DNA of 64,000 nt from Spirochaetia bacterium UBA6919 (lineage in GTDB: Bacteria > Spirochaetota > UBA6919): the NCBI GenBank assembly GCA_002450905.1, contig DKAT01000049.1:11554-75553 (forward strand), read 5' to 3'. The notes under the pieces are model-generated. The model did not search any database. It had not been told where the DNA came from and saw nothing but the letters and a program-made list of their open reading frames with translations. Both the position numbers and the translations under genes were made by a program. This document shows positions 28,613-38,595 of the stretch, in pieces; positions within the stretch are counted from its first letter, which is position 1, and every line of letters begins with the position of its first letter.

Positions 28613-30109
28613 ATGGAGGATATTATGAAAGATCTGGTTCAAAACATCTTATTTAGTGTAAAACCTGATACTAAAAATGCTTTGTTTAGTAAAGGAAATT
28701 TATTAAATCTCCAAAATGTTGATTCATATAACCAATTTAATAATCTCCTTAAAAAAGCTGAAAATCAGTATCACAAAGCAGAGTACGGGTCTTCATACTT
28801 TCAGATAAATCAACCACGTCAACAAGTTATTCAGCAAACAGATCAATATTCTACTCCTGATGTAAATTCTAACAATACAAATGATAGTCATCAAGTTAAA
28901 AATGATCGTCCTATAAATAAACCTCAAGAATCCCAGGTAGAAAATTCATCGACACCACCCCATTCAATAAATAATACAGATACTAAAATTGATGAAATAG
29001 TCGATAAAATAAGGGAAAAAATTACAAAAATAAAAGAAAAATCAGATAAAACAAAGGAAAAAAAAGTTAATGATCCAGAAAATATGGACTGGAAGGAATT
29101 ATTAGCTCTACTTAATAAATTATTTGACCAGTCAGTGAGTGATGATAAAAAAATATCTCTATCGGAAAATGTAAATATAGAAAAGGGCTTAAAAAGTCTA
29201 AAAAAACTTATAAATAACATGTCAAAAGATAATAGCGAGCTTATGAATCAGTTAAAAGCTTTTCTGAACAAATGGGAAGAGCTTCTTGACAAAATCAAAA
29301 TCGATCCAAATAATAATTCTTTAGCAAAAGATAAATCAACATTAAAAAATCTCTTATCTGAAATCCAATCTCTACTTGACAAAAATGAAAATCAAGATAA
29401 AAATAATATCCTCATAAAATCAGATAAATTACAAGTACAAAATCCAATAAATCAAAATCAGAAAGCTATAGAATCCCGACAAAATGAAAAATCTAATTCT
29501 ACACAAGATTCTATATCAAAAAATACTTCTGATCTAAATACCACTGATAAAAAATCAGATATTAAAATTCAAAATCTAAATGACTCATCCAATTCTCAAA
29601 AATTAGATATGGGAGATTCAAGCAATAAATTAGCCAATATATCAAGAAATTTCTCCCTCCCAAGAGGATTAAATATAAAAAATCCCGGGGACTTGTTTGA
29701 CCAGATAGTAAACAAGGCAAATATTGTTCTTACAAATAAGCGTAATGAAATGAATATCCAATTGGAGCCAAAATTCCTTGGTCAAATGCACATTAAAATT
29801 ATGGTGGAAAATGGAATTGTTTCTGGACGATTTATTGTGGAAAATCAATTGGTCAAAACCTTTCTTGAACAAAATATGGACCTTTTAAAAGAAAATCTTC
29901 AGGCTAATGGATTATCCTTTGATAAAATGGATATCTTTTACGGAGAAACGCCTAAAGATTCTCAGCCCCATAGAGAGAATTCAAGAAATAATATTTTCCA
30001 GCCTCAGAATAATTTTATAAATAATCCAGTTTCAGCTTCAGAAGAGGGGATATTAAATCAATATATGACTCCGGACTGGCTGGCTAAACAAGTAAATGTA
30101 GTTATATAA
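28613..30109 (+). CDS. fliK: Flagellar hook-length control protein FliK
   Basis: Long low-complexity N/S/K-rich N-terminal region plus a C-terminal Flg_hook domain (NIQLEPKFLGQMHIKIMVENGIVSGRFIVENQLVKTFLEQN). Position upstream of flgD-flgE. Confidence 0.75.
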   Translation: MEDIMKDLVQNILFSVKPDTKNALFSKGNLLNLQNVDSYNQFNNLLKKAENQYHKAEYGSSYFQINQPRQQVIQQTDQYSTPDVNSNNTNDSHQVKNDRPINKPQESQVENSSTPPHSINNTDTKIDEIVDKIREKITKIKEKSDKTKEKKVNDPENMDWKELLALLNKLFDQSVSDDKKISLSENVNIEKGLKSLKKLINNMSKDNSELMNQLKAFLNKWEELLDKIKIDPNNNSLAKDKSTLKNLLSEIQSLLDKNENQDKNNILIKSDKLQVQNPINQNQKAIESRQNEKSNSTQDSISKNTSDLNTTDKKSDIKIQNLNDSSNSQKLDMGDSSNKLANISRNFSLPRGLNIKNPGDLFDQIVNKANIVLTNKRNEMNIQLEPKFLGQMHIKIMVENGIVSGRFIVENQLVKTFLEQNMDLLKENLQANGLSFDKMDIFYGETPKDSQPHRENSRNNIFQPQNNFINNPVSASEEGILNQYMTPDWLAKQVNVVI

Positions 30110-30133
30110 AATATTAGAAAATAAGGAGTAATC

Positions 30134-30649
30134 GTGAAATTGTCAAATATTCTTGCAAATAATCTAAGTCAAAATTTGAAACTCAATCAGTCAGAACGAC
30201 AGAAAGCAGAAACAAAAGACATTGCCAGAGAGGTAAATGGCGAATTAAAAGCCCGTGGATTAAAGTATAAACAATCCCTGGGGCAAGATGAGTTCTTAAA
30301 ATTATTAGTGACTCAGCTAAAACACCAGGATCCATTAAGTCCTATGAAAGATAAGGATTTCATAGCTCAAATGGCACAATTCTCTGCCCTGGAACAAATG
30401 ACAAAGGTCAATACCAACATGGGTACTTTAATCAATAAGGCAAGTGATTCAAAGACTCACGACTTATTAGGAAAGAAAATCACATGGTTTAATCGTTTGA
30501 CCAGTCGTATGAATCAAGGTGTTGTTCAATCTATTGAAAAAAGTTCAAATAAATTACAATTAAATACTGGGCGATCTTTAGTCGATCCTGACGATGTTGT
30601 AAGAATTGAATATCCAAAAATCTTTACATCATTGGAAAAAAATAAATAA
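30134..30649 (+). CDS. flgD: Flagellar hook-capping (scaffold) protein FlgD
   Basis: DEFLKLLVTQLKHQDPLSPMKDKDFIAQMAQFSALEQ is the classic FlgD N-terminal motif. Confidence 0.88.
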   Translation: MKLSNILANNLSQNLKLNQSERQKAETKDIAREVNGELKARGLKYKQSLGQDEFLKLLVTQLKHQDPLSPMKDKDFIAQMAQFSALEQMTKVNTNMGTLINKASDSKTHDLLGKKITWFNRLTSRMNQGVVQSIEKSSNKLQLNTGRSLVDPDDVVRIEYPKIFTSLEKNK

Positions 30650-30723
30650 CTTTCTTTAAATCTTTTGTAAGAAGGTCGATAAATTAAATGGACATTTATA
30701 ATTCAAAAAAGGGGTAATAGCTT

Positions 30724-32136
30724 ATGATGAGATCATTGTACGCAGGTGTAACTGGTTTACAAAACCATCAGATAAGGACGGACGTTATAGGTAATAATAT
30801 TTCAAATATTAATACAAATGGATTTAAAAAGGGTCGTGTCAATTTTCAGGATATGATCTCCCAAACTATTTCTGGAGCTTCCAGACCAACCGCAGAGAAG
30901 GGTGGGACAAACCCCTTACAGGTAGGTCTTGGTATGACCATTGCAAGTGTTGATACTTTAATGTATCAGGGTAGTTTACAAACCACTGGCAAAAAAACAG
31001 ACCTCGCTATTCAGGGTGAAGGATTTTTCATCCAAAGAAAGGGCGATAGAACCTTCTATACTCGTGCTGGAAACTACACAGTAGATCGGGATAAAAATCT
31101 TGTGAACCCTGCAAACGGTCTAAAAATCCAGGGGTGGAATGCCACGATGGATGCCGATGGAAATTACTTTATAGACAATGCGAAAACTTATAGTGACATC
31201 AAAATTCCTATCGGTGATAAATTTGAAGCCCATCAGACAAGCGAGATCGTTTATAAATCCAATCTGGATTCAAGAGTAAATAAAGTTCAGAATCCTGATT
31301 CCCCTACAACTCTTGAAAAGAAAAATGGCCAGGTCCATTTCTCATCAATAGATGTCTATGATTCTCAGGGAAAAGTTCATAAAGTTGAAATTACATTCGT
31401 TAAAACTGGAATAAATCAATGGCAGGCAAAAGTTACCATGCCAGAAAATGATAAAGATATTGTTAAGGGCAGCGTAAGATTTGATGTTGGACATGTTGGG
31501 AATGTCACCACTGAAACCGATAATAAAGATAAAATCAATTTAACTTTCAATGACAAAGGATCTATTACATCCATCGCAGAAGGTACTGAAAATAACCCTG
31601 ATCGTATTTCAACAGGTGATCTTGATGTATCAATTGTATTTAACCTTAATAATGGTACTCCAGGTGGACAAGAACAAAGAATTAAAGTTAAAATGGGATC
31701 TTCTGGAAATGTAGATGGTGTCACTCAAATGGGAAGCAATAGCACCACAAAAGCTGTTTCTCAAAATGGTTACGGTATGGGATATCTAGAATCTTTTAAT
31801 ATTGATCAAAATGGCGTTATTACTGGTGTTTATACCAATGGTCAAGTCCGTGAACTAGCTCAGGTCGCCATGGCAACTTTCATCAATCCTGGGGGTCTTG
31901 AAAAGTCAGGTGAAAATACCTATATCATCTCAAATAACTCAGGGATAGCTAATGTAGGACCCGCTGATTCTCAGGGACGTGGAAAAGTAGTATCCGGTGC
32001 CCTTGAAATGAGTAATGTGGATCTTGCTGAAGAATTTACAAATATGATTGTAACTCAAAGAGGATTTCAGGCTAATTCAAGAATTATTACGACATCCGAT
32101 CAAATGTTACAAGAACTTTTAAGTCTTAAGAGATAA
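30724..32136 (+). CDS. flgE: Flagellar hook protein FlgE
   Basis: N-terminal rod/hook motif (SLYAGVTGLQNHQIRTDVIGNNISNINTNGFK) and the C-terminal GALEMSNVDLAEEFTNMIVTQRGFQANSRIITTSD. Confidence 0.92.
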   Translation: MMRSLYAGVTGLQNHQIRTDVIGNNISNINTNGFKKGRVNFQDMISQTISGASRPTAEKGGTNPLQVGLGMTIASVDTLMYQGSLQTTGKKTDLAIQGEGFFIQRKGDRTFYTRAGNYTVDRDKNLVNPANGLKIQGWNATMDADGNYFIDNAKTYSDIKIPIGDKFEAHQTSEIVYKSNLDSRVNKVQNPDSPTTLEKKNGQVHFSSIDVYDSQGKVHKVEITFVKTGINQWQAKVTMPENDKDIVKGSVRFDVGHVGNVTTETDNKDKINLTFNDKGSITSIAEGTENNPDRISTGDLDVSIVFNLNNGTPGGQEQRIKVKMGSSGNVDGVTQMGSNSTTKAVSQNGYGMGYLESFNIDQNGVITGVYTNGQVRELAQVAMATFINPGGLEKSGENTYIISNNSGIANVGPADSQGRGKVVSGALEMSNVDLAEEFTNMIVTQRGFQANSRIITTSDQMLQELLSLKR

Positions 32137-32144
32137 TAATATAA

Positions 32145-32172
32145 ATGGGTTTTGGAGCAATCTGAAACCCAT
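32145..32172 (+). terminator. Stem-loop (ATGGGTTT / AAACCCAT, 8-bp stem with a 12-nt loop) just after flgE; candidate partial terminator or attenuator
   Basis: Perfect 8-bp inverted repeat followed by an A9 run and then a T7 run. There is no immediate U-tract, so if it acts as a terminator it is weak. Confidence 0.25.
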
Positions 32173-32213
32173 ATAAAAAAAAATAAATTATATTTTTTTG
32201 GTGTTTTTAATAA

Positions 32214-32417
32214 ATGATTAAATTAACTAGGCTCAATGATACGAAACTATATATAAACCCTCATCAAATGGAGTTTATGGAGAGTACTCCCGATACTATT
32301 ATTAAAATGTTGTCTGAAAGAAAAATAATTGTAAAAGAGTCATGCGAGGAAGTCTTGGATTTAATTATAAAATATAGAAAAAAAATCGGTTTGATAGGTA
32401 ATGATACTACTGTTTAA
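32214..32417 (+). CDS. flbD: Flagellar protein FlbD
   Basis: 67 aa, MIKLTRLNDTKLYINPHQMEFMESTPDTII..., a FlbD-family signature. Position between flgE and motA as in Bacillus and spirochaete operons. Confidence 0.75.
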   Translation: MIKLTRLNDTKLYINPHQMEFMESTPDTIIKMLSERKIIVKESCEEVLDLIIKYRKKIGLIGNDTTV

Positions 32418-32479
32418 TAAATATATAAAAAAAAAACACTTTAAAAATCAACTCTTTCTAATATAACGAGGTAGATTGT

Positions 32480-33250
32480 ATGGATTTAGGAACAATTTTT
32501 GGTATAATCGGTGGAATGACTCTACTTATTGTTGGTATTTTCGTATCTGGTGCAGATATAAAAAGCTATTGGGATTTATCATCCGTGTTTATAACTATCG
32601 GGGGATCCTCTGCTGCATTAATTGTTGCATACCCAATGGCAAAGTTCCTAGGCATGTGGGGTGTAGCTAAACATACTTTCTTCAAACGTGAATCAAACCC
32701 AGGCGAAATGATAAATATGCTTGTCACCTTCTCTGAAAAAGCTCGTCGTGAAGGTCTCCTTGCATTAGAAGATGATATTGAAGAAGTGAATGATCCATTC
32801 CTTAAAAAAGGTGTTCAACTCGTTGTAGACGGGACAGATCCTGAACTCGTAAGAACTATATTAGAAACAGATTTAGATAAAATTGAAGATCGTCATAAAT
32901 CAGGAAAAGATATATTCGATATGTGGGGGAACCTCGCTCCTGCATTTGGTATGATTGGTACACTCATGGGACTTATTCAGATGCTTGCAAACTTGACAGA
33001 CAAGGCGTCTATCGGTACAGGTATGGCTGTTGCCCTTATTACAACTTTATATGGTGCTGTTTTATCCTATCTAATACTTCAGCCTATTTCAAAAAAACTC
33101 GAACTAAGAAACTCAGATGAAATCTTATTAAAAGAAATTATGTTAGAAGGTACTTTATCCATTCAATCGGGTGACAACCCAAGAATTGTAAAAGACAAGT
33201 TAACATCATTTTTACCACCTTCTCAAAGAGAACTTGTCACTGTTGAATAA
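32480..33250 (+). CDS. motA: Flagellar motor stator protein MotA
   Basis: MotA/TolQ/ExbB four-TM proton-channel topology and a conserved C-terminal TM pair (AFGMIGTLMGLIQML...ALITTLYGAVLSY). Confidence 0.9.
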   Translation: MDLGTIFGIIGGMTLLIVGIFVSGADIKSYWDLSSVFITIGGSSAALIVAYPMAKFLGMWGVAKHTFFKRESNPGEMINMLVTFSEKARREGLLALEDDIEEVNDPFLKKGVQLVVDGTDPELVRTILETDLDKIEDRHKSGKDIFDMWGNLAPAFGMIGTLMGLIQMLANLTDKASIGTGMAVALITTLYGAVLSYLILQPISKKLELRNSDEILLKEIMLEGTLSIQSGDNPRIVKDKLTSFLPPSQRELVTVE

Positions 33251-33272
33251 TATAATATTATGAGGTAATTTT

Positions 33273-34064
33273 ATGCCTAAAAGGAAAAAAAAAGTAGAAT
33301 GTGTTCCTGGAGCTCCCATGTGGCTTGTAAGTTATGGAGACATGACGACACTCCTTCTCGTGTTCTTTATTTTGATGTTTACAACAGCTGAAGTTGATGG
33401 ACAGGAACTAAAATTAATACTTTCTTCATTCACCGGTTCTTTTGGTATTTTTGAAGGTGGATTAACCCTACAACCAGGTCCTCTGGCTGAAATGGGACAA
33501 ACTGTTGAACGACTTCCTTCAAAACAAGCAGGAAATAATCTTTCTAAAGCTCTAAAGGATGCTCAAAGTGAATTTAAAACGGAAGCTGTTAGTAGAAGAC
33601 TTAAAATAAGTGAGGATTATCGCGGTCTAGTTATTACGATAGCGGGGCAATCATATTTTAAACCGGACAGCGCTGAAATTACACAAAAAGGAAAAATTGT
33701 TCTCGAAAAAATTGCTGATCTCATTATCAGACTTAGAAAAAATATGGATAACCAGGTTGAAATAGAGGGTCATTCAAGTAGAGAACCAGATACCATAAAA
33801 AAAGATGAAACTACCACTGAAATCTGGGAAAGAAATCTTGATTTATCCACAAATCGTGCTTTAAATGTCGAAAAACTTTTTATTGAAAAATATATAGCAA
33901 AGGAATTAAAACCAAATATTATTAAAAAATCAGATGGAAAAACACGATACATTGCTAAATTCATTGCAAAAGGCTACGGAGAATTTGAGCCCCTTGATGA
34001 TGGGGATACCCCTGAAGCCAGAGCTTGGAATAGAAGAGTAGATATAGTTATTAGACGTGATTAA
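33273..34064 (+). CDS. motB: Flagellar motor stator protein MotB (OmpA-like peptidoglycan-binding domain)
   Basis: N-terminal TM with the conserved Asp (SYGDMTTLLLVFF), and a C-terminal OmpA-like domain (NRALNVEKLF...NRRVDIVI). Confidence 0.88.
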   Translation: MPKRKKKVECVPGAPMWLVSYGDMTTLLLVFFILMFTTAEVDGQELKLILSSFTGSFGIFEGGLTLQPGPLAEMGQTVERLPSKQAGNNLSKALKDAQSEFKTEAVSRRLKISEDYRGLVITIAGQSYFKPDSAEITQKGKIVLEKIADLIIRLRKNMDNQVEIEGHSSREPDTIKKDETTTEIWERNLDLSTNRALNVEKLFIEKYIAKELKPNIIKKSDGKTRYIAKFIAKGYGEFEPLDDGDTPEARAWNRRVDIVIRRD

Positions 34065-34101
34065 ATAAATACATATTTCATAATTTTTCAAGGAGGAAAA
34101 T

Positions 34102-34653
34102 ATGGCTATCGATGATGAAAATCTCTTAGATGATGAAGATGGGGAATCCAAACAGGAAGAAAAAAAAGGATCATCATTTCCTTTTGTTAAAATTCTTACT
34201 TACATTGGAATAGGACTAGGTGTTGTTTTGATCTCTGCAATAACTTCTCTTGTAATCCTCTCTCTAAGACCATCTGATAAACCAAAAGTTTATCAGGATT
34301 ATATTAAAAGTGCTGTTTCAAAACCTAGAGATACATATGCATTAAAAGAATTTAAATTATATCTAGATAAAAAAGAAGATGAAAGTATGGCTACAATTGT
34401 TCAGGTTAAACTGTCATTGGTTTATGAATCTGGCAATCAAAAAATTCTGGATGAAATCATTAAAAGAAAAGAACAAATTGTAGATAGAGTACAATATATC
34501 ATTTCAAAAAAGTCTTATCAAGAAATTAGTACATCCGTGGCAAGGGAAGAACTCTTAAAAAAAGATCTGTTGTATTCTCTAAACAGTATGATGGAAGCTG
34601 AAATTCTCGATATCTATTTTGAACAATTTATTATCCAAAGAATTCCAGGATAA
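34102..34653 (+). CDS. fliL: Flagellar basal body-associated protein FliL
   Basis: Single N-terminal TM, about 180 aa, a FliL-like C-terminal domain, and position after motB. Confidence 0.7.
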   Translation: MAIDDENLLDDEDGESKQEEKKGSSFPFVKILTYIGIGLGVVLISAITSLVILSLRPSDKPKVYQDYIKSAVSKPRDTYALKEFKLYLDKKEDESMATIVQVKLSLVYESGNQKILDEIIKRKEQIVDRVQYIISKKSYQEISTSVAREELLKKDLLYSLNSMMEAEILDIYFEQFIIQRIPG

Positions 34654-34673
34654 TCACGGAGGGGGAAAAAAAT

Positions 34674-35708
34674 ATGAATGAGTTATTATCTCAACAAGAA
34701 ATAGATGCTCTGTTAACCGCTATATCTACTGGTGATAGTGATGAAGAACGTGGATCAGAATTACCGTCTGAACCTCAACGCCAGGTGAAGATTTATGATT
34801 TCAAAAGACCTGATAAATTTTCTAAAGACCAAATACGAACTCTACAGATGATGCATGAAGCATTTGCACGGTTGACAACTACTTCTCTATCCGCCCAGTT
34901 AAGAACTCTGGTCCATGTCCATGTAGCATCTGTTGACCAGTTGACCTATGAAGAATTCATCAGAAGTATTCCCAGCCCTACTACTCTGGCTGTAATTAAT
35001 ATGGATCCTTTGAAAGGAAGTAGTATCCTTGAAATTGATCCAAGCATTACATTTACCATAATCGATCGTTTATTTGGCGGTTCTGGTGAAGCAACAAAAA
35101 TGAATCGTGAATTAACCGATATTGAAATGTCTGTAATTGAAGGAATTGTAGTTCGTATACTGGGCAATTTACGAGAATCCTGGAGTAATGTGATTGATTT
35201 ACGTCCAAGACTTGGAAATATAGAAACCAATCCTCAATTCGCCCAAATTGTTCCACCCAATGATATGGTCGTACTCATCACCTTGGAAACTAAAGTGGGT
35301 GATGTGGAAGGAATGACGAATTTTTGTATTCCATACATAACAATTGAACCTATTATATCCAAACTCAGTGCACAATACTGGTATTCAAGTATTCGTAAAG
35401 GCGCTACCAGAGAAAATTTTAACATCCTAAAAGATCGCTTATCTGAAATGTTGGTTGATGTAATAGCTCAACTAGGAAATGTCGAAGTTACAATGCGGGA
35501 TGTTATAGCTCTCCAGGAAGGGGACATAATAAAACTCCCAAGTACTAAAGTTACTGATACTTTAACTCTTAAAGTAGGGAATAAACAGAAGTTTTACTGT
35601 CGTCCGGGTGTAATTGGAAAAAGAATTGCAGTCCAAATTGAACGACCAATTGAAGATGCTGAACAAAATATATTTGATGAATTTGCTGAAGGTGAAGAAA
35701 ATGAATGA
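34674..35708 (+). CDS. fliM: Flagellar motor switch protein FliM
   Basis: N-terminal CheY-P-binding peptide LSQQEIDALL, a CheC-like middle domain, and a C-terminal SpoA/FliN-like domain. Confidence 0.9.
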   Translation: MNELLSQQEIDALLTAISTGDSDEERGSELPSEPQRQVKIYDFKRPDKFSKDQIRTLQMMHEAFARLTTTSLSAQLRTLVHVHVASVDQLTYEEFIRSIPSPTTLAVINMDPLKGSSILEIDPSITFTIIDRLFGGSGEATKMNRELTDIEMSVIEGIVVRILGNLRESWSNVIDLRPRLGNIETNPQFAQIVPPNDMVVLITLETKVGDVEGMTNFCIPYITIEPIISKLSAQYWYSSIRKGATRENFNILKDRLSEMLVDVIAQLGNVEVTMRDVIALQEGDIIKLPSTKVTDTLTLKVGNKQKFYCRPGVIGKRIAVQIERPIEDAEQNIFDEFAEGEENE

Positions 35709-36780
35709 TGGAACTTTATCACAACATGAAATTGATGCTCTTCTTGCTGGGGCTGGAGACGCTTATGAAAATGGATCTTCCCTCGCAGGTGGAACTGGGT
35801 CCCTTGGTGTTGTTAATACAGGTGATATGGCTAGTCTCCTGGAAATTGTTATTTTAACATTACAAAAACAATCTGATTATTTACAAAATATATATCAACA
35901 AAATTTTCAAATCTCAAATGTAAAAACAAAAATAAAAGAAAATGTTCAAGTCAGATCAGAACTTACAGGAAAACTAGTTCAGATCCGTATGGATTTTAGT
36001 TCTGGCGTTATTGGTGAAAATCTTTTTATATTGCATGTTGAAGAGGCAATATCTCTTGTCGAAGCGTTTACAAAACAAACTAATGTAGAATTGTCAGATG
36101 TCTCGTTAAGTGCATTAAGTGAAGGATTTGTACATATTATGAATGCCTACACCACTGCATTATCAGATAAATTAGATCGAAAAATTCTTGTAAATCCTCC
36201 TCAAATTGAATTAATGGATGATTCAAGTCAATTATATTTTCCCGATGAAAGCCAGGTTGTTCATGTAACATATACATTATCTCCTGAAAATGGTGTGAAT
36301 ATAAATTTCAATCAGATTCTATCTATTCCTCTAGCTAAGGAATTAATCACCCTTGTAAAAAGTCTTGTATTAGATGGATCATTAATTGATACAGCATCTA
36401 CCGATATAGATATCAGCAGTGATATGAGAGTTGGTGTGGGACCTCTATCAACCATCATACGTCCCATAAAATATCAGGAACTAGCCAAAGTCACTCCAGG
36501 AGAAGCATTATCTAAAAATAATATTGGATTGCTCCTCGATATATCCATGCAATTAACTGTTGAACTGGGTCGTACAAAAATGCAAATAAAAAAGATTTTA
36601 GGACTTGGTGAAGGGTCTATAATTGAATTGGATAAATTAGCAGGGGAACCAGTGGATCTTCTTGTTAATGGAAAATTAATTGCACAGGGTGAAGTTGTCG
36701 TCATCGATGAAAATTTCGGGGTACGGATTACAGAAATTGTTGGCCCCCATGAAAGATTGGATAGTATTATATCAGATTAA
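35701..36780 (+). CDS. fliY: Flagellar motor switch protein FliY (CheC-like phosphatase-type domain plus a FliN C-terminal domain)
   Basis: Start taken at ATG 35701 (MNDGTLSQHEIDALL), overlapping the fliM stop by 8 nt. The C-terminal FliN/SpoA domain is LDKLAGEPVDLLVNGKLIAQGEVVVIDENFGVRITEIV. About 360 aa, which is FliY-type rather than a short FliN. Confidence 0.85.
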   Translation: MNDGTLSQHEIDALLAGAGDAYENGSSLAGGTGSLGVVNTGDMASLLEIVILTLQKQSDYLQNIYQQNFQISNVKTKIKENVQVRSELTGKLVQIRMDFSSGVIGENLFILHVEEAISLVEAFTKQTNVELSDVSLSALSEGFVHIMNAYTTALSDKLDRKILVNPPQIELMDDSSQLYFPDESQVVHVTYTLSPENGVNINFNQILSIPLAKELITLVKSLVLDGSLIDTASTDIDISSDMRVGVGPLSTIIRPIKYQELAKVTPGEALSKNNIGLLLDISMQLTVELGRTKMQIKKILGLGEGSIIELDKLAGEPVDLLVNGKLIAQGEVVVIDENFGVRITEIVGPHERLDSIISD

Positions 36781-36847
36781 AAATTTTTCTTGGATTTTAT
36801 CAAAAATTGAGTATATTATCTGTGGGGACTATAAAGACTGGGTTGTT

Positions 36848-37489
36848 ATGAAAAAAAATATACTTATATTTTGTATATTAGTAATTACTTGTACGCTTCT
36901 AATATGTAATTCTAATGTATTAACCGCACAAACTGATACTAAAAAAAATAATCCTAAGGAAGAGTTCTTAGCTCAGCCCAAGGGTTTAAATTCTACATCT
37001 AATAATCCTTTAAATGAACAAACTAGTTCCAGTGTTACATTCTTTAAATCCTTTGTTATAATAATATTATTCCTTCTAGCTCTCTATCTTGTACTGAAAT
37101 GGATACAAAAAAAGAAATTGAATCTTAATCAAAACTATCAGGAAAATGATGTTATTAAGGTTTTGAAAACAAGTTCATTAGCTCAAAATAAAGCGATTCA
37201 TCTTGTTGAAATTGGAAAATCCATTTATATCCTAGGTTCTGGTGATCAGATTTCATTAGTTAATAAAATTGAAAATCCTGCCGAAATTCAAGAAATCAAA
37301 GACCAATGCAAAGCAGATCAGATTCAACTTGAAGAAAAAAAGGAATCTAATTTTAAAGATTTATTCTTAAATAAATTAGGAATTAAATCCAAAGAAAAGA
37401 ACAATACACTAACCCAGACGATGGGGGAATCTCTAAAATTCTTTAATGAACAAAGAGATAAATTAAAAGAATTAAGAAATAAATTTTAA
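36848..37489 (+). CDS. fliO: FliO/FliZ-family flagellar biosynthesis protein
   Basis: Signal peptide, a single TM (FVIIILFLLALYLVL), and the FliO/FliZ motif KVLKTSSLAQNKAIHLVEIGKSIYILGSGDQISL. Immediately precedes fliP. The ORF-track start at 36680 overlaps fliY and was rejected. Confidence 0.6.
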   Translation: MKKNILIFCILVITCTLLICNSNVLTAQTDTKKNNPKEEFLAQPKGLNSTSNNPLNEQTSSSVTFFKSFVIIILFLLALYLVLKWIQKKKLNLNQNYQENDVIKVLKTSSLAQNKAIHLVEIGKSIYILGSGDQISLVNKIENPAEIQEIKDQCKADQIQLEEKKESNFKDLFLNKLGIKSKEKNNTLTQTMGESLKFFNEQRDKLKELRNKF

Positions 37490-37533
37490 TATGCTGGTTA
37501 TTTAATCTATATATATTAATTTGGGAGGGGAAT

Positions 37534-38310
37534 ATGAAGAGGAAAGTGCTATCTATTGTACTTTTACTCATGATGATCTGTGGAATTCAGCGATACTCCT
37601 ATGCACAGAAAGCCGCACCAGGAATTCCTCTGCCATCCATCGATTTAAAAATGAAATCGTCTTCCAATCCTTCAGATATAGCTCTTAGCTTACAAATTCT
37701 TATACTTCTTACTGTTTTAAGCTTAGCCCCAGCCATTGTTATTATGACGACATCATTCATTCGTATTGCAATTGTATTTTCCTTTGCTAGAACTGCTCTT
37801 GCCCTGCAACAAATGCCACCAAACCAGGTTGTCATGGCCTTGGCACTCTTCTTGACGTTTTTTATAATGGCTCCAACATTCACTGAAATATATCAAAAAG
37901 CATATATCCCTTTTAAAGAAAAAAAAATCGATGGAGAAGAGTTTTATAATCGTAGTATGGAACCAGTCAGGGATTTTATGTTCCGTCAAATTGGCAAAGA
38001 AGATCGAAAAATACTGATACCCTTCATTCAAATGGGTCGATTAAAATGGCCTAAATCTGAAGCTGATGTCCCCACTTATGTACTGGTGCCAGCTTTCATG
38101 CTCAATGAATTAAAAAAATCATTTTATATGGGTATTATCATTTTTATCCCATTTATAATTATTGATATGATAGTAGCTAGTGTACTCATGAGTATGGGGA
38201 TGATTATGCTACCCCCTGTCATGGTATCTCTGCCGTTTAAAATAATTTTATTTGTCCTGGTCGATGGTTGGGGATTACTGGTTAATCAATTAATTAAAAG
38301 CTTTTTATAG
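37534..38310 (+). CDS. fliP: Flagellar export apparatus protein FliP
   Basis: Signal peptide plus the conserved FliP core (LTVLSLAPAIVIMTTSFIRIAIVFSFAR, ...NQVVMALALFLTFFIMAP). Confidence 0.92.
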   Translation: MKRKVLSIVLLLMMICGIQRYSYAQKAAPGIPLPSIDLKMKSSSNPSDIALSLQILILLTVLSLAPAIVIMTTSFIRIAIVFSFARTALALQQMPPNQVVMALALFLTFFIMAPTFTEIYQKAYIPFKEKKIDGEEFYNRSMEPVRDFMFRQIGKEDRKILIPFIQMGRLKWPKSEADVPTYVLVPAFMLNELKKSFYMGIIIFIPFIIIDMIVASVLMSMGMIMLPPVMVSLPFKIILFVLVDGWGLLVNQLIKSFL

Positions 38311-38323
38311 CGGGGAATAGATT

Positions 38324-38593
38324 ATGTCTGATGCACAAATTATTAAAGTGATGTCCGATGCACTAATACAGGTATTAATTATCAGTGCTCCTATTCTTGG
38401 AATTAGTATGATTGTGGGTTTAATTATTAGTATCTTCCAAACAACGACATCGATACAGGAACAGACATTGACGTTTGTTCCTAAAATTATCGCTATTTTT
38501 GCAGTGATTATATTATTTGCAAGTTGGATTATGAATTATATGAAGTCTTATACAGAAAGTCTTTTTAGTATGATAGGATATATTGGTAAATAA
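38324..38593 (+). CDS. fliQ: Flagellar export apparatus protein FliQ
   Basis: 89 aa with two TM segments and the FliQ/YscS signature (ALIQVLIISAPILGISMIVGLIISIFQTTTSIQEQTLTFVPKI). Confidence 0.92.
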   Translation: MSDAQIIKVMSDALIQVLIISAPILGISMIVGLIISIFQTTTSIQEQTLTFVPKIIAIFAVIILFASWIMNYMKSYTESLFSMIGYIGK

Positions 38594-38595
38594 TT

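Noticed and set aside
32476-33120. Plus-strand ORFs 32476-32670 and 32923-33120 in alternative frames over motA
   Set aside because: Cys/Trp/Arg-rich, non-protein-like translations inside the MotA frame. They are frame shadows.
35614-35700. Upstream extension of fliY (start at 35614)
   Set aside because: It overlaps fliM by 95 nt. The ATG at 35701 begins the conserved N-terminal docking peptide (MNDGTLSQHEIDALL), which parallels FliM's MNELLSQQEIDALL.
36680-36847. Upstream extension of the fliO/fliZ ORF (start at 36680, overlapping the fliY 3' end by 100 nt)
   Set aside because: The extension (MHRVKLSSSMKISGYG...) has no signal peptide and overlaps fliY out of frame. The ATG at 36848 begins a proper signal peptide (MKKNILIFCILVI) and gives a FliO/FliZ-length protein.
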